Of a stretch of DNA of 64,000 bases, positions 52,355 through 64,000 are shown piece by piece. The translations under genes and the position numbers were made by a program. Source of the DNA: Octopus vulgaris (taxonomy: Eukaryota); contig OX597831.1 in assembly GCA_951406725.2 (NCBI GenBank), forward strand, positions 55,428,001-55,492,000, in the 5' to 3' direction. The notes beneath the pieces were generated by a model, which ran no database searches, was not told the origin of the DNA, and saw only the letters and a program-made list of their open reading frames with translations. Numbering within the stretch: position 1 is the first letter of the stretch; the number at the start of each line of letters is the position of its first letter.

Positions 52355-53036
52355 CATCATCGTTGAACGTCCGTTTTCCATGCTAGCATGGGTTGGATGT
52401 TTGACTGAGGTCTGGAAAGCCAGCGGGTGCACCAAGCTCCAATCTGATCTGGCAATGTTTCTACAGCTGGATGCCATTCCTAATGCCAACCATTCCGTGA
52501 GTGTAGTGGGTGCGTTTTACGTGCCACCGGCACAGGAGCCAGTCGGGGGATACTGGCATCGGCCACGTTCGGATGGTGCTTTTTACGTGCCATCTGTACG
52601 GGAGCCAGTCAGGGGGCACTGGCCACAGCTACGATTTTGGTTTTACTTGACCCAACAGGTCTTCTCAAGCATATCATATTGTCCGATGCATCAAGGACAT
52701 GCAGCACTGGCATCGGCCATGACTGCGATCTCACTTTAGTTGCCGGGTCTTCGCAATCACAGCATATCTCCAAAAGTCTCGGTCTCCTATCATTACCTCT
52801 GTGAGGCTCAACGTTAGAAGCTCATGCTTCACCACCTCATCCCATGTCTTCTTAGATCTACCTCTTCCACAGGTTCCTTCAACAGTTAGGGTGTGGCACT
52901 TCCTCCCACAGCTGTCCTCGTCCATACATAACACCTGACCATACCAGCGCAGTCGTCTCTCTTGTTTACCACATTTGATGCTGTTTATATCCAAATTTTC
53001 TCTCGGGGCGCTCACACTCTGTCGTGTATTTACACT

Positions 53037-53040
<4 letters not shown>
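52355..53040 (-). mobile_element. RTE-like LINE 3' end with 3' UTR and (GAT)n tail
   Basis: ORF 52731-53040 nearly identical to 51455-51712; tail ...ggacgttcaacgatgatgat. Confidence 0.85.
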
Positions 53041-53078
<38 letters not shown>

Positions 53079-53180
53079 GGAGTAAACACATAAATGTGAA
53101 ACAAGGTGGAAAAAAGAGTACTCAAATACCAGTGGTAGAGTAATATGCTTTATTTTAAGCAGCAGAAAATTCAACAAAAT

Positions 53181-53218
53181 CTGTTACTCTGAGTTTCTCG
53201 TTGCCGTTCATCAGACAG
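53181..53218 (-). ncRNA. Minimal type I hammerhead ribozyme (group 3), canonical core
   Basis: ctgt-CTGATGA-a-CGgcaaCG-a-GAAA-CTCaGAG-TA-acag; the element starts at the (TA)n edge at 53076. Confidence 0.8.
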
Positions 53219-53861
53219 TTTTTGCTAGAATGGAACCGATATATCAATTCAATCTAGACTCTTACAAACGCTACACCTTTAAAAAGAAATGGACTTGTTT
53301 GATTGGCCCTTTAGAAAAAAACGGTCAATCTTCGAGCGATAAACAAAAAGGTCAAAAATATATGTATATATATATAAAAAAACTTATAAAAATTATAAAA
53401 TCCGAGGAAAAAACCTTACATTGGATAAAATACATATTGACGTTAATGAAGAAAGTATAAATTAATGCAATTAAACCTGTTATAAATATTACACTGCAAT
53501 ACATATTTATATTAAGATGTACATATATATATCAACATACACAAGAGGATGCGCGCAAACGCCATACATATACAGACGTATGAATATAAATCTAAATATA
53601 CACATAAATGCATGTGTACATATATTCACGCAAACCATCTCGCACGCAAGTTAAAAATCATCTATGTAGCGATTCTCATATACTGAGTAAGGTGGGGGGA
53701 ACGAAAGAAAGGAAGAGAGAGAAAAAGGAACGAAGGAGGGGTGGGGAAAAAAAACGAAATAAGAAAAAATTATGTATACAAGCTGTGTAACGGCGTTATT
53801 GGCATATATGGAGACAAGTATACTTGTCTCCATATATATATATATATAAGATATATATATA

Positions 53862-53894
<33 letters not shown>

Positions 53895-54229
53895 TGCATA
53901 TATGGGTACAGGACGTTACCAACGGTGCAAATAACATGAAATACGTAAACAGACGATGGAAAACAGGACAAGTAAGCACAGAGAAAGGACCCTTCATCAG
54001 TTGTCAGCTGTCTTTCTACTCCTCATTTCAAACATTCAACGACAATATGAGTCTTCGAAGACAGTTGCTCCTATAAATACCAAAATAAAATCTGGGATTT
54101 ATGGAGGGTCAAAGCTGGGAGCAAAAGCAGGGCAGCGGAGACATACAAGGAAACCGAACGAAAACAAACGTGGAGGGTCGTTAGACCAGGACGAGGGTAA
54201 AATACCGATATATATATATATATATATAT

Positions 54230-54350
54230 AAAGTATAAAAGCCATCTCAATATGGCTAACCACAAGGGGGGTTACTGTAGCTTTTTAGCCCCAGGAGATC
54301 ATCGTCTCCAGCTGGCTTTAGACACACTTTCTGTGCCCTTAAAGTATTTG
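54230..54350 (-). mobile_element. Group 1 3' module copy adjacent to (TA)n
   Basis: Collinear with 25515-25642 and has the same end, aagtatttg. Confidence 0.8.
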
Positions 54351-55684
54351 CCCCCGCCTCCCACCATGCCTTCTATGAAAAGTCCTTGTGAAAGTCCTAA
54401 GTGTCCTATAACGCTGGAGGATAAGTAGGCAATGATAAAACGTCATGAAAAAGTTGCAGCGATTGCACGATCTTTTGAGAGTAAATCGGACAACTGTATC
54501 GACGATTGTGCATAATAAAGACAAGATTTTAACATATATCACATCTGAAGCACCAGAGATGAGGAACACAGTCTTAAACAAGAAAAGAAGCAAAATCTTT
54601 GAAGAAATGGAAAGTCTTCTAACTATTTGGATTGATAGGCAGAATCGCCAGAATGCTACTCTTAGTCAAGAGATCCTTCAGGAGAAAGCGTTGTCTTTGG
54701 GGACCTGAAGGAAAAATATCCAGATAAGAAAGATATAGAGTTCAAGGCAAGTCAAAGATGATATATGAGATTTAAAAAACGGAGACGTTATCACTTCCTT
54801 AAGAAGCAAGGTGAAAGCGCATCAGTTGACAAACATGCAGCAGCGAATTTTCCTGCGACATTGAAGAAAATCATTTTCACACATTTGAAAAAAATATCTT
54901 GCTATGTTCGAAGATATGGATCCAAATGCTCAACGCTTTTCTAAGATTATGGGGGCTTATCACGAAGCTTTTGCTCCTTATAATGTAATCCTTGACGAAA
55001 AGAAGACAGTTCAAGGCACTCTTGACTAGTTTTTTTTAAACGCATCGAACGACAACGAGAACTGCCAGAATCAGCTGATGACATTGACGTCGACGATCCT
55101 CGGCCATCTAGGGGCGGCGAGCTGGCAGAATCGTTAGCACGCTGGGCGAAATGCGTAGCCGTATTTCGTCTGCCGTTACGTTCTAAGTTCAAATTCCGCC
55201 AAGGTCGACTTTGCCTTTCATCCTTTGGGGGTCGATAAATAAAGTACCAGTTACGCACTGGGGTCGATGTAATCGACTTGATCCGTTTGTCTGTCCTTGT
55301 TTGTCCCCTCTATGTTTAGCCCCTTGTGGGTAATAAAGAAACAGATACTCGGCCATCTACATCTACAATGTAAACATCACCGAATTTTACGTATTGGTAA
55401 ATTTAAAATACTTTATTATTTCTTTTTTTTTTTTCTTTACTTTATTACAAAATAATAATTATTTGCTTCTAAGCTTAAAATAGGTTTTTATTAACCGTGT
55501 CTTACTGAAATTGTAAGCTTAAAAAATACTTTTATTAACCATGTCTTATCGAAAATGCATTCATAGAGTGCTGGGGAACGGCTATTAGCAGTTTAGGCTA
55601 GGCTAGCCTGGCCTATAGACACGCAATTCGACTTAAGTCGTGTCTCCTGGAACCAATTAACGACTTAGAGTGAGGTATACCTGT
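54351..55684 (+). mobile_element. Tigger/pogo element remnant (CENP-B HTH), internally deleted, with SINE A insertion 55110-55342
   Basis: NRTTVSTIVHNKDKI...EEMESLLTIWIDRQNR..LSQEILQEKALSL; end gaggtatacctg|ta; SINE flanked by ctcggccatcta TSD. Confidence 0.85.
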
Positions 55685-55918
55685 AGTTATCTTTGGAGTG
55701 TCAGCGGTTGTCATTGTCGGATATTTGTTACGTATCTGGGAATCTAGTCGAACGGCTATTAGCAGTTTAGGCTAGGCTAACCTGGCCTATAGACGCGCAA
55801 TTCGACTCAAGTCGTGTTTCCTGGAACCAATTAACGACTTAGAGTGAGGTATACCTGTAGTTATCTTTGGAGTGTCAGCGGTTGTCATTGTCGGATATTT
55901 GTTACGAATCTGGGAATC
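55577..55918. repeat. ~175-bp tandem duplication spanning the Tigger right end and its flank
   Basis: gaacggctattagcag...tctgggaatct occurs twice. Confidence 0.9.
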
Positions 55919-56862
55919 TTGTCTTTCTCATTCCCAAAATGAGCCCCCACTCCTTAATTTTGCTCAGATTGCTTTCAATTTTGGTGTATCAATGCAACTC
56001 TGAATTTTGATTGCGATCAACCGATTGCTTTATCTCGTAATTTAAAGAATTCTGATGTTATTTGGAATTAAATTTGGGAAATTTGGGTAATCTTAGCCAA
56101 TCAACAGACAGCGTGGCATTAGCAGCTTGTTATCATGACAACCGCATGCTGTGTTTTGGTTCACTGTTGTCTGTGCCGCTGTTGTCTATGTTGATTTTTC
56201 ACTTGATTCTTCACAACATGAGATTCTTTTCACCCGCATGTTTTATTTTAATTTTTCTGTGTATTAGTATGTTGCATATTTTCTGTGTTTCTGTGTGCTA
56301 GTATTTTTTCTGTGCTTTTTTCTGTGTTAGTATTTTTACATATTTTTCATTTTATATATTTTTGAGATTCATTGACTCAGCTTGATTTATGATTTCCATG
56401 GGTTAATTCTACTCCTAAAAACTTAAATTAGGAGTATTTGTTAAACCGTTGGCTTCACATTTCAACAGCCCACGTAACAGGAATTGAGAGGTATATCATG
56501 GAACAGAGAAACTGTGGGTGATTCAGATAATTTGACATTATTTTGGAAATTCTGCATGCGAAAACATAAGAGATACAGTTATTCTTTTCCTTGGGACAAA
56601 TTCTTTGTTGACCAGTGTTATTCTTATCGTAGTTTACAAATCCAGGCATGAAAACGTTACTCAAATTTGGAGTTTTGGAGAGAGATGTCACTCCCCCCCA
56701 CACACACACACTTTATACTACATTGTTAATACTCTGGTAATACTATGTAGTGGCTTAATGCAGGCATACACATAACTTATACATACATGCATAACACACA
56801 CATGTATGCATGCATGTTCATGTATATATCTTCTTATATATACATGAACATGCATGCATGCA

Positions 56863-56916
<54 letters not shown>

Positions 56917-57615
56917 GCATGTCTGTATAAGTTATGGGTATTCTGTAATGACACACTCCATGTTTTTAGCAGCTGTTACAAAACCTATAAGAATTGCTTT
57001 TCTAATGACTCCTTTTATCATAATAAAACTGATATACGTTGACATATGAAGAAAAACAAGAACAAATTGTTAGAAATGCACAACTAGGGCAAATATATTG
57101 TATGTATTATACGAAGATAAAAATACAAGTGAAATATTTAAAAGGATGCATTTTCAAATTCTTATTTTATATAGATGGGTGCATTGCCGTTGAGCACTAT
57201 TAATTATAAGGCGACGAACTGGCAGAATCGATAGTATGCCGGGCAAAATGCTTAGCGGCATTTCGTCCGTCTTTACGTTCTGGGTTCAAATTCCGTCCAG
57301 GTTGACTTTGCCTTTCATCCTTTCGGGTTTAATAAAACGAGTACCAATTGAGCAGTGGATCGATGTAATCGACTTAACCCCTCCCTTAGCTAACCTTTTG
57401 CCAAAATATGAAACCAATATCGGTTGTTTTACAGTATTTCATTTTAAAATCGTAGAAATAGCTTTCACAACAAGCACCTTCAGATTGTACAATTATGAAT
57501 AGCTGCCTTGCTTAGATTATATAAATAAAATAAAAAAACTTCAAACGGCGGTGCCCCAGCATGGCCACAGCTCGTGAGCTGAAACTAGATAAAATAAAAT
57601 AAAATAAAATAAAAT

Positions 57616-58010
57616 AGGCGCAGGAGTGGCTGTGTGGTAAGTAGCTTGCTAATCAACCACATGGTTCCGGGTTCAGTCCCACTGCGTGGCATCTTGGGCA
57701 AGTGTCTTCTGCTATAGCCCCGGGCCGACCAATGCCTTGTGAGTGGATTTGGTAGACGGAAACTGAAAGAAGCCTGTCGTATATATATGTATGTGTGTGT
57801 TTGTGTGTCTGTGTTTGTACCCCTAGCATTGCTTGACAACCGATGCTGGTGTGTTTACGTCCCGTCACTTAGCGGTTCGGCAAAAGTGACCGATAGAATA
57901 AGTACTGGGCTTACAAAAGAATAAGTCCCGGGGTCGATTTGCTCGATTAAAGGCGGTGCTCCAGCATGGCCGCAGTCAAATGACTGAAACAAGTAAAAGA
58001 GTAAAAGAGT
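57616..58010 (+). mobile_element. SINE family B, full length
   Basis: Same family as 13747-14325; more copies at 58228-58460 (-) and 59495-59885 (-). Confidence 0.9.
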
Positions 58011-58479
58011 ACTAAATAGTAAGAAGATAAAATAATATCTACCTTCTATTTTCGCTAAAATGCAGCTTATTATTTTAAGCATGTACCTAATGTAAAGATG
58101 AGTTGCGCCTTGGTTGTAGTACTGGTCGCATTGTCTTTGAACTATAAAATATAATTGTCAAATAAAACACATGAAAAGTCGTAAATGATATCGGTTGTAT
58201 AACTCAATACACATTTTCCTTTTTATACCTTTTACTTGTTTCAGTCATTAGACTGCGGCCATGCTGGAGCACCGCCTTGAAGAATTTTTAGTCGAATGAA
58301 TTGACCCCAGTACTTCTTTTTTTTTTGGTTAAACCTCGTACTTATTTTATCGAAATCTTTTGCCGAACTGCTAAGTTACGGGCGCGTAAACACACCGACA
58401 CCGGTTGTCAAGAGATAGTGGGGACAAATACAGATACAAACATACACAGACACACTGATACAAACATACACACAACTTA

Positions 58480-59117
58480 TAATACGGTCGAGAAATGAAT
58501 CGGTCTGGTTTCGGAGAAGCGACGAACAAACTTCATGTCTGCACATTTTGTAATTTTCATTCAAATCGTGTGGTACCCATTTGTCGAGTTTTTTTTTAAA
58601 TTTATGATCGCATGCACATAGTTACAGGCAGTTTTCTGGCTAACTTGAAGTTCTTTTGCCAGTTCTCGAGTGATTTTACGTGGATCTTTCTCAATGATGA
58701 CCTTTAATTGACCGTTATCAATGACAGATGGGCGTCCACTACGCTCACGATCTTCAAGGTTCAGGTTTCCACTGCGAAATCGTTTAAACCATTTTCGAAC
58801 TGACCCTCACTGGTCATTTCCTCCCCAAACGTTTCACTGATATTGGAAACAGTTTCAGCTGCTTCTCGTCCTTTTTTGGAGTTGAAGAGCAAAATTGCTC
58901 GAATATCGCACTTTGACAGTTCCATTTCAGATGATTGTAACAACGGTTTTTAAAAAAATCAATGTTAATGTATTGATGCATTTGGGCAAGTCTATGTCTG
59001 TATTATCAAACAATTGCAAAAAAAAGTTTTTAAAAAATTCAAAACTCTACAAAAACCACTCGAGAACTGGCAAAATTCATGGTTCAAAACATCGCTTACT
59101 TTTTACTCAACCTGATA
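58480..59117 (-). pseudogene. mariner transposase 5' half
   Basis: IRAILLFNSKKG, WFKRFRSGNLNLED.ERSGRP, LDKWVPHDL, FLDRII; TIR tttttactcaacctgata. Confidence 0.85.
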
Positions 59118-59134
59118 TATAATAAGATAATAAA

Positions 59135-59382
59135 TGCGCCCTTTTAAAGCTTAACCAGGCTCATGGGCCCGGTTTCTCGGTTTCTATGGCGTATGTGTTC
59201 CCCAGCTGGACGGGACGCCAGTCCATCGCAGCGTTACTCATTTTTGCCAGCTGAGTGGACTGGAGCAACGTGAAATGAAGTATTTTGCTCAAGAACACAA
59301 CGCGTCGCCCGGTCCAGGAATAGAAACCAGAATCTTAGGATCATGATGCTGACACCCTAACCACTAAGCCACGCGCCTCCAC
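59135..59382 (-). mobile_element. tRNA-derived SINE (family C-related)
   Basis: A/B boxes on the minus strand; caacctgatat on both flanks. Confidence 0.8.
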
Positions 59383-60530
59383 CAACCTGATATGTGTGTG
59401 TGTGCGTGAGTGTATGTATATAAAGTGACTTTGAAATGATTAGAATCTTCATCAGATACTGTGGAGGCATATGTATATGTATATATATTCTTTTATTCTT
59501 TTACTTGTTTCAGTCATTTGACTGCGGCCATGCTAGAGCATCGCCTTTAGTCGAGCAAATCGACCCCAGGATGTATTCTTTGTAAGCCTAGTACTACTTA
59601 TTCTATCGGTCTCTTATGCCAAACCGCTAAGTTACGGGGACGTAAGCACGCTAGCATCGGTTGTCAAGCGCTGTTGGGGGGGGGGAGACAAACACAGACA
59701 CCCAAACACACACATACATATATACATATATACGACGGACTTCTTTCAGTTTCCGTCTACCAAATCCACTCACAAGCCTTTGGTCGGTCCAAGGTTATAT
59801 TAGAAGACACTTGCCCAAGGTGCCACGCAGTGGGACTGAACCTGGAACCATGTGTTTGTAAACAAGCTACTTACTACACAGCCAATCCTATATATATATA
59901 TATAGCCGGTCTCGTCACATGCCATAAAGAAATTGCATCTTTGCTTTACACATTTAATAATGGAAATGCTGAAGTAGCAGATGGTACTGTAAAGAAGTAT
60001 AAACATAAAATAAAATGAGAATACATTTTTAGAGAGGTCTATCTCTGGAGACGTCAGCTGGAGATCGCAATGCCGTAGGCGTTTCTGCACACACATGCAT
60101 ATACATGCTAACACTCATATTTTTATCTATTGACAGGTTAAAATGGTTAGCAACAATCCCCCCCAACCACCACAATTTGCTGTGTTTTCTTCATATTCTG
60201 GATCAGGGAAATTAACAGATGTTATTGGCAGAAATGTGACACTAGCAAATCCAAAGACAGAGATAATAATAGCAATATCAGTAATTTCTCGGCGAGCTGG
60301 AAGAATAGTTAGGAAGCCAAGCAAAATGATTCGCATCATTTCGTCTGTCTCTATGTTCCGAGTTCAAATGCCGCAGGGGTCGACTTTGCCTTTCATCTTT
60401 TCAGGGTCGATGAAATAAATACCAGTTTCGCACTCTGGGGTGGATGAAATAACTAACAGTTTCGCACTGATGTCGACGTAATCGACTAGGCCCCTCCCTC
60501 AAAATTTCAGGCTGTTTGCCTTTAGTAGAA

Positions 60531-60584
<54 letters not shown>

Positions 60585-60732
60585 ATTATTATTGTTATTA
60601 TTATTATTATTATATAAACTCTATATATACTCAACAAATACAGCATATAATTCTATGAAGGAGTTCCTCATTTGCATACCGAAAATTTTTAACAGTCATT
60701 GTTACGCTAGGCCATCGGCCAGGAGGAGGATG

Positions 60733-61003
60733 CGAAGAAGAAGAAGAAGAAGAAGAAGAAGAAGAAGAAGAAGAAGAAGAAGAAGAAGAAGAAGAAGAAG
60801 AAGAAGAAGAAGAAGAAGAAGAAGAAGAAGAAGAAGAAGAAGAAGAAGAAGAAGAAGAAGAAGAAGAAGAAGAAGAAGAAGAAGAAGAAGAAGAAGAAGA
60901 AGAAGAAGAAGAAGAAGAAGAAGAAGAAGAAGAAGAAGGAGAAGAAGAAGGAGGAGAAGAAGAAGAAGAAGAAGAAGAAGAAGAAGAAGAAGAAGAAGAA
61001 GAA
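60733..61003. repeat. (GAA)n microsatellite
   Basis: Direct inspection. Confidence 0.97.
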
Positions 61004-62174
61004 GGAGGATGAGCAGGAGGTGGAGAAGGAGGAGACTAGGGTGGTGGTGGTGGTGAATCGAACTCTGGCCACCCGTGCGAGAGGCAGGGATACTCATCAG
61101 TGTACTACCAAGAAGAAACAAGAACATGTGACAAATGTACCCTATTAACTAACTTGAGATACGTGCCTCACGCACTCCCTTGCCTTGGCCCTCCTAAATA
61201 TAGTTACATGTAACAAAGAGAGAGAAAGAAAAAGAGAAAGAGTGGCTTTTGTGCTTAACAAAAAGTATGTAAGTGGGCACTTGTGTGTTGTATCTGACTT
61301 TCAATGTTGATTATGTGTATAAAGACATGATCGTCATCTAGAAACTATCATTTGGTTGGTTGTCATTTACTCTAACCTCATTTGGAATGTTTGTTCAAGG
61401 TTAACTTTCAAATTGCACTTTAGTAAAAGTAAAAGAATAAAAAGAATAGCACAAAATAATATTTACTAACTGGATCCGTGAAAACCTCACGGAAAATATA
61501 AAAGTTGTAAGCATCTTTAATTTGTGTGCTAGTGCCATGAGAAATGTTTCTATATTGTTACTATTACAGAATATAGAAAGAAGTGTAAAACCGATAACTA
61601 TGTAATCCAACCAAAATATCTGTTACACAAACGTAAACATAATTGCTATTTAGCCTTAAAATACATTATACATATTCAAAGAACCTGTACTTTTTAGTTA
61701 TCTCTCCCCATTAAAAAATTGGGCTATCTCTCACCGTTGTATGAAAAAAAAAAGATTAAACATCTTATTGAATGCATATTGAGGCCAAAAGTCAACAATA
61801 TGTTGAAGTATTGAATCAAAAAGATTTAACCCTTTTAATCCACTCTCTTGTCGTCACATAAACTCACACATATATGAGTCCAGTAGACCTATGTGAGTGC
61901 CATTTTGCCTTTTTTTTTTCTTTTGCACTCTTCCTAAGTCTTTTAATATTTTGGGTGTGAGCTCTATTAGTAGGAATGACAAAGTGTAGACAATGATTCA
62001 CAGTGAGAGGTTGAAAATTACCAATATTGATTATATTTTTATATCCTGACTATTCGTCACTTATGATGGTAGTACCCGGTCTTATATTATTTTCTATTAT
62101 TGGAAGAACTGTTGTCGCAGATCTGTCAGGGACGATAAACATGAAACACTCTTTTGTTTCTCTACAAATACTTC

Positions 62175-63053
62175 TGTAGCGGCACAAGCAGTCAGCGCCA
62201 TATTGGAAGAGATCTCGCGGCAACCATTGCTATCTGCGAGACTGGAGCGAGACCTCATCTGCATCCATTTGCTATGCGCGAGATCACAACGAAGGAAAAC
62301 CCTCATCAAATCGCTCTTTTGGGCGTCACCTCACAGCAGCACTGGCTGAACACCACCACTGGCTGAGGCTTTCTGTATGTATATCTCCAGAGGCAATGTG
62401 CCTTCACTAACGGAGCTACGTACACAACGCACACAGCTAAAGATGTGTAACAGGATCTGGAATCGGTATCACTGAAGGGGTGTCCGATCCGATTCCATCA
62501 CATTCAATTTAGTTAGATATAACAGACGAAGTCAGGTTATCTGGGAAAGACAGCAAATGTTGTTTATTACTCGTGATGGTGTACATATTTCTGAGGGGAA
62601 ACGACAGCCGAATCTTTGTACTGCTTCTTGTTGGTTGATTGACGTGATTCGATGTGGTCCGTTGCTAAGCCGGTGTAGAGTTCTCAGAGACTACCAAATG
62701 CACGTCTGTTCACGAGGGCTGAAAGGGCCAGAGAGAGTGAGTGGATGGACTGTGTTTTAGGGGTCAGTTTCCCGCACATGCGCATGGGGAAGACTTCCGG
62801 TGGCCACCCGGAAGTAGTCCCATTCTGCGCATGCGCGCTGAACCTTACACAGCAGCATCACTACAGATGTTAGCTGAGGGCAGCACACTACACCTATCCT
62901 GTAAATCCTGTAAACAAACCAGTTGTGAAATAGCGTTTGTACTTGAAGTCTTCTCTCTTCGCCTTCCGAAAGCCTGAACTACACGAAGAACAAAAGCTGA
63001 TGAATGGAAACGATATTCTTCCAATATCGTAAATCTTGCCTTCCATTATTAAA
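62175..63053. mobile_element. Probable solo LTR (~880 bp)
   Basis: Cleanly interrupts the Merlin ORF at FGG|ICRE; starts TGTAG, ends ttaaa (eroded CA); 4-bp TSD cttc/cctc. Confidence 0.6.
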
Positions 63054-63353
63054 CCTCCAAAAACCCATTGTTGAAGTAGTTGACGTTCGACACAATTTTT
63101 TTCTTTTAGTGAACCATCTTTTGTCAATTTCAACAGTCATGTTGGGTCCTCCAATCACTCTTGGGATAGCCAAAATGTGTGCAGCACAAACTTCTCTCAA
63201 ATAATTATTCCAGTCAACAACATAATTGGTTTCTCCTCACGTTCACAAAATTTGATACTTGTCATGTTGTGTGCCCGGCAATATATGAAAAGTGCTGCTT
63301 TACATAAAGATATACGTGAATTAGCAAACCAATTATCTGTTGTTAGTTCTTTT

Positions 63354-63757
63354 GGGTCTTTTTGGTTTGAACGGCAGTTTTTAAAAATAATTTCCACGTA
63401 ACTAAACACTTTTAAATTTCGTATACTGGTAGAATGTGTTTATAAAACATCTTTTTCTCTTGGCTTTATTGAGAAAATTCTATAGTTTGTAAGATATTTG
63501 TTGTTTTTTTTTCTTCCATTTCAACCAATCAATGACGTCTATTGAGGTAAAAAAACATTCTGTGCCGTATGAATATGTCCCTCGTTTAAGAAACAGATTG
63601 GGTTTATTTACATTTGTGAAGAAAAAAAAGATACCCTTCCCCCCACCCCTAACCCTAAAACATTGAAATGCAATAGATCGATACTAGGGTCATAATTATG
63701 GGTGACAATTTCATATGACACCGCTAGAAAAAACTGCCGTTCAAACCGAAAAGATCC
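63354..63757. mobile_element. MITE with GG...CC termini and 8-bp TSD (Merlin-type)
   Basis: ~29-bp TIRs gggtctttttggtttgaacggcagttttt / aaaaactgccgttcaaaccgaaaagatcc; TSD gttctttt; end fragment also at 18464-18514. Confidence 0.85.
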
Positions 63758-64000
63758 GTTCTTTTTCTTGTCTGCATCCACGAATTCTACACCGCCATCT
63801 ATTTTGACTTCCAACTGAGAAATTCATAAAATGACCGTTGTTGCATTGTCTTTCTAGGTGAAGAATTCCTTTTTCTTGAAAAAAAGAAAGATTGGATGTT
63901 TTATCTTTGGAAATTTTGCTTAGACGTAAAAGATTCATAACGTACAGGAAATCAATCAGGCAAAAAAACAAGACGAAACAAAATCGTTGAGTTGACGGAA

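Larger units (their letters stand above)
61800..64000 (-). pseudogene. Merlin (IS1595/IS1016-like) transposase pseudogene with two insertions
   Basis: RWRCR, IGGPNMTVEID, QWVFGG|CRETKECFMFIVPDRSATTVLPIIENNIRPGTTIISD, VNH..HFV, AHTQNI, LDSYMCEFM. Confidence 0.9.

Noticed and set aside
59425-59460. CTGATGA-AGATT..AATC on the minus strand; also CTGATGA at about 50494 and 62997
   Set aside because: GAAA, stem III or stems missing; expected by chance
62098-63025. Apparent 11-bp TIR tattggaagaa / ttcttccaata (DIRS-like idea)
   Set aside because: The left copy is part of the Merlin coding sequence (VLPII); the real insertion is 62175-63053

Overview
Eukaryotic, AT-rich, microsatellite-dense DNA with no recognisable host gene. 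The SINE families and repeat landscape suggest an octopus or other coleoid cephalopod (inference). Nearly all of it is layered transposon debris: three tRNA-like SINE families, a 5S-derived SINE, Tx1/L1, RTE and R4/Dong LINE fragments, ORF1-only elements, a complete 2.65-kb non-autonomous LTR element (tRNA-Trp PBS, PPT, 4-bp TSD), and Tc1/mariner, pogo/Tigger, hAT, Merlin and Helitron elements. Most supplied ORFs are microsatellite artefacts. The main hidden signal is about 10 intact or near-intact minimal type I hammerhead ribozyme (HHR) motifs plus about 8 decayed ones. They sit in several distinct short non-coding elements that mostly lie in or beside (TA)n tracts, often as tandem or fold-back copies, and one group shares a covarying downstream hairpin. 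This looks like a Penelope-like pLTR/retrozyme system. A second signal is a SINE that appears to carry the insertion target of its own Tx1-like partner LINE, giving self-nesting arrays. Coordinates were read by eye; boundaries of decayed elements are approximate.
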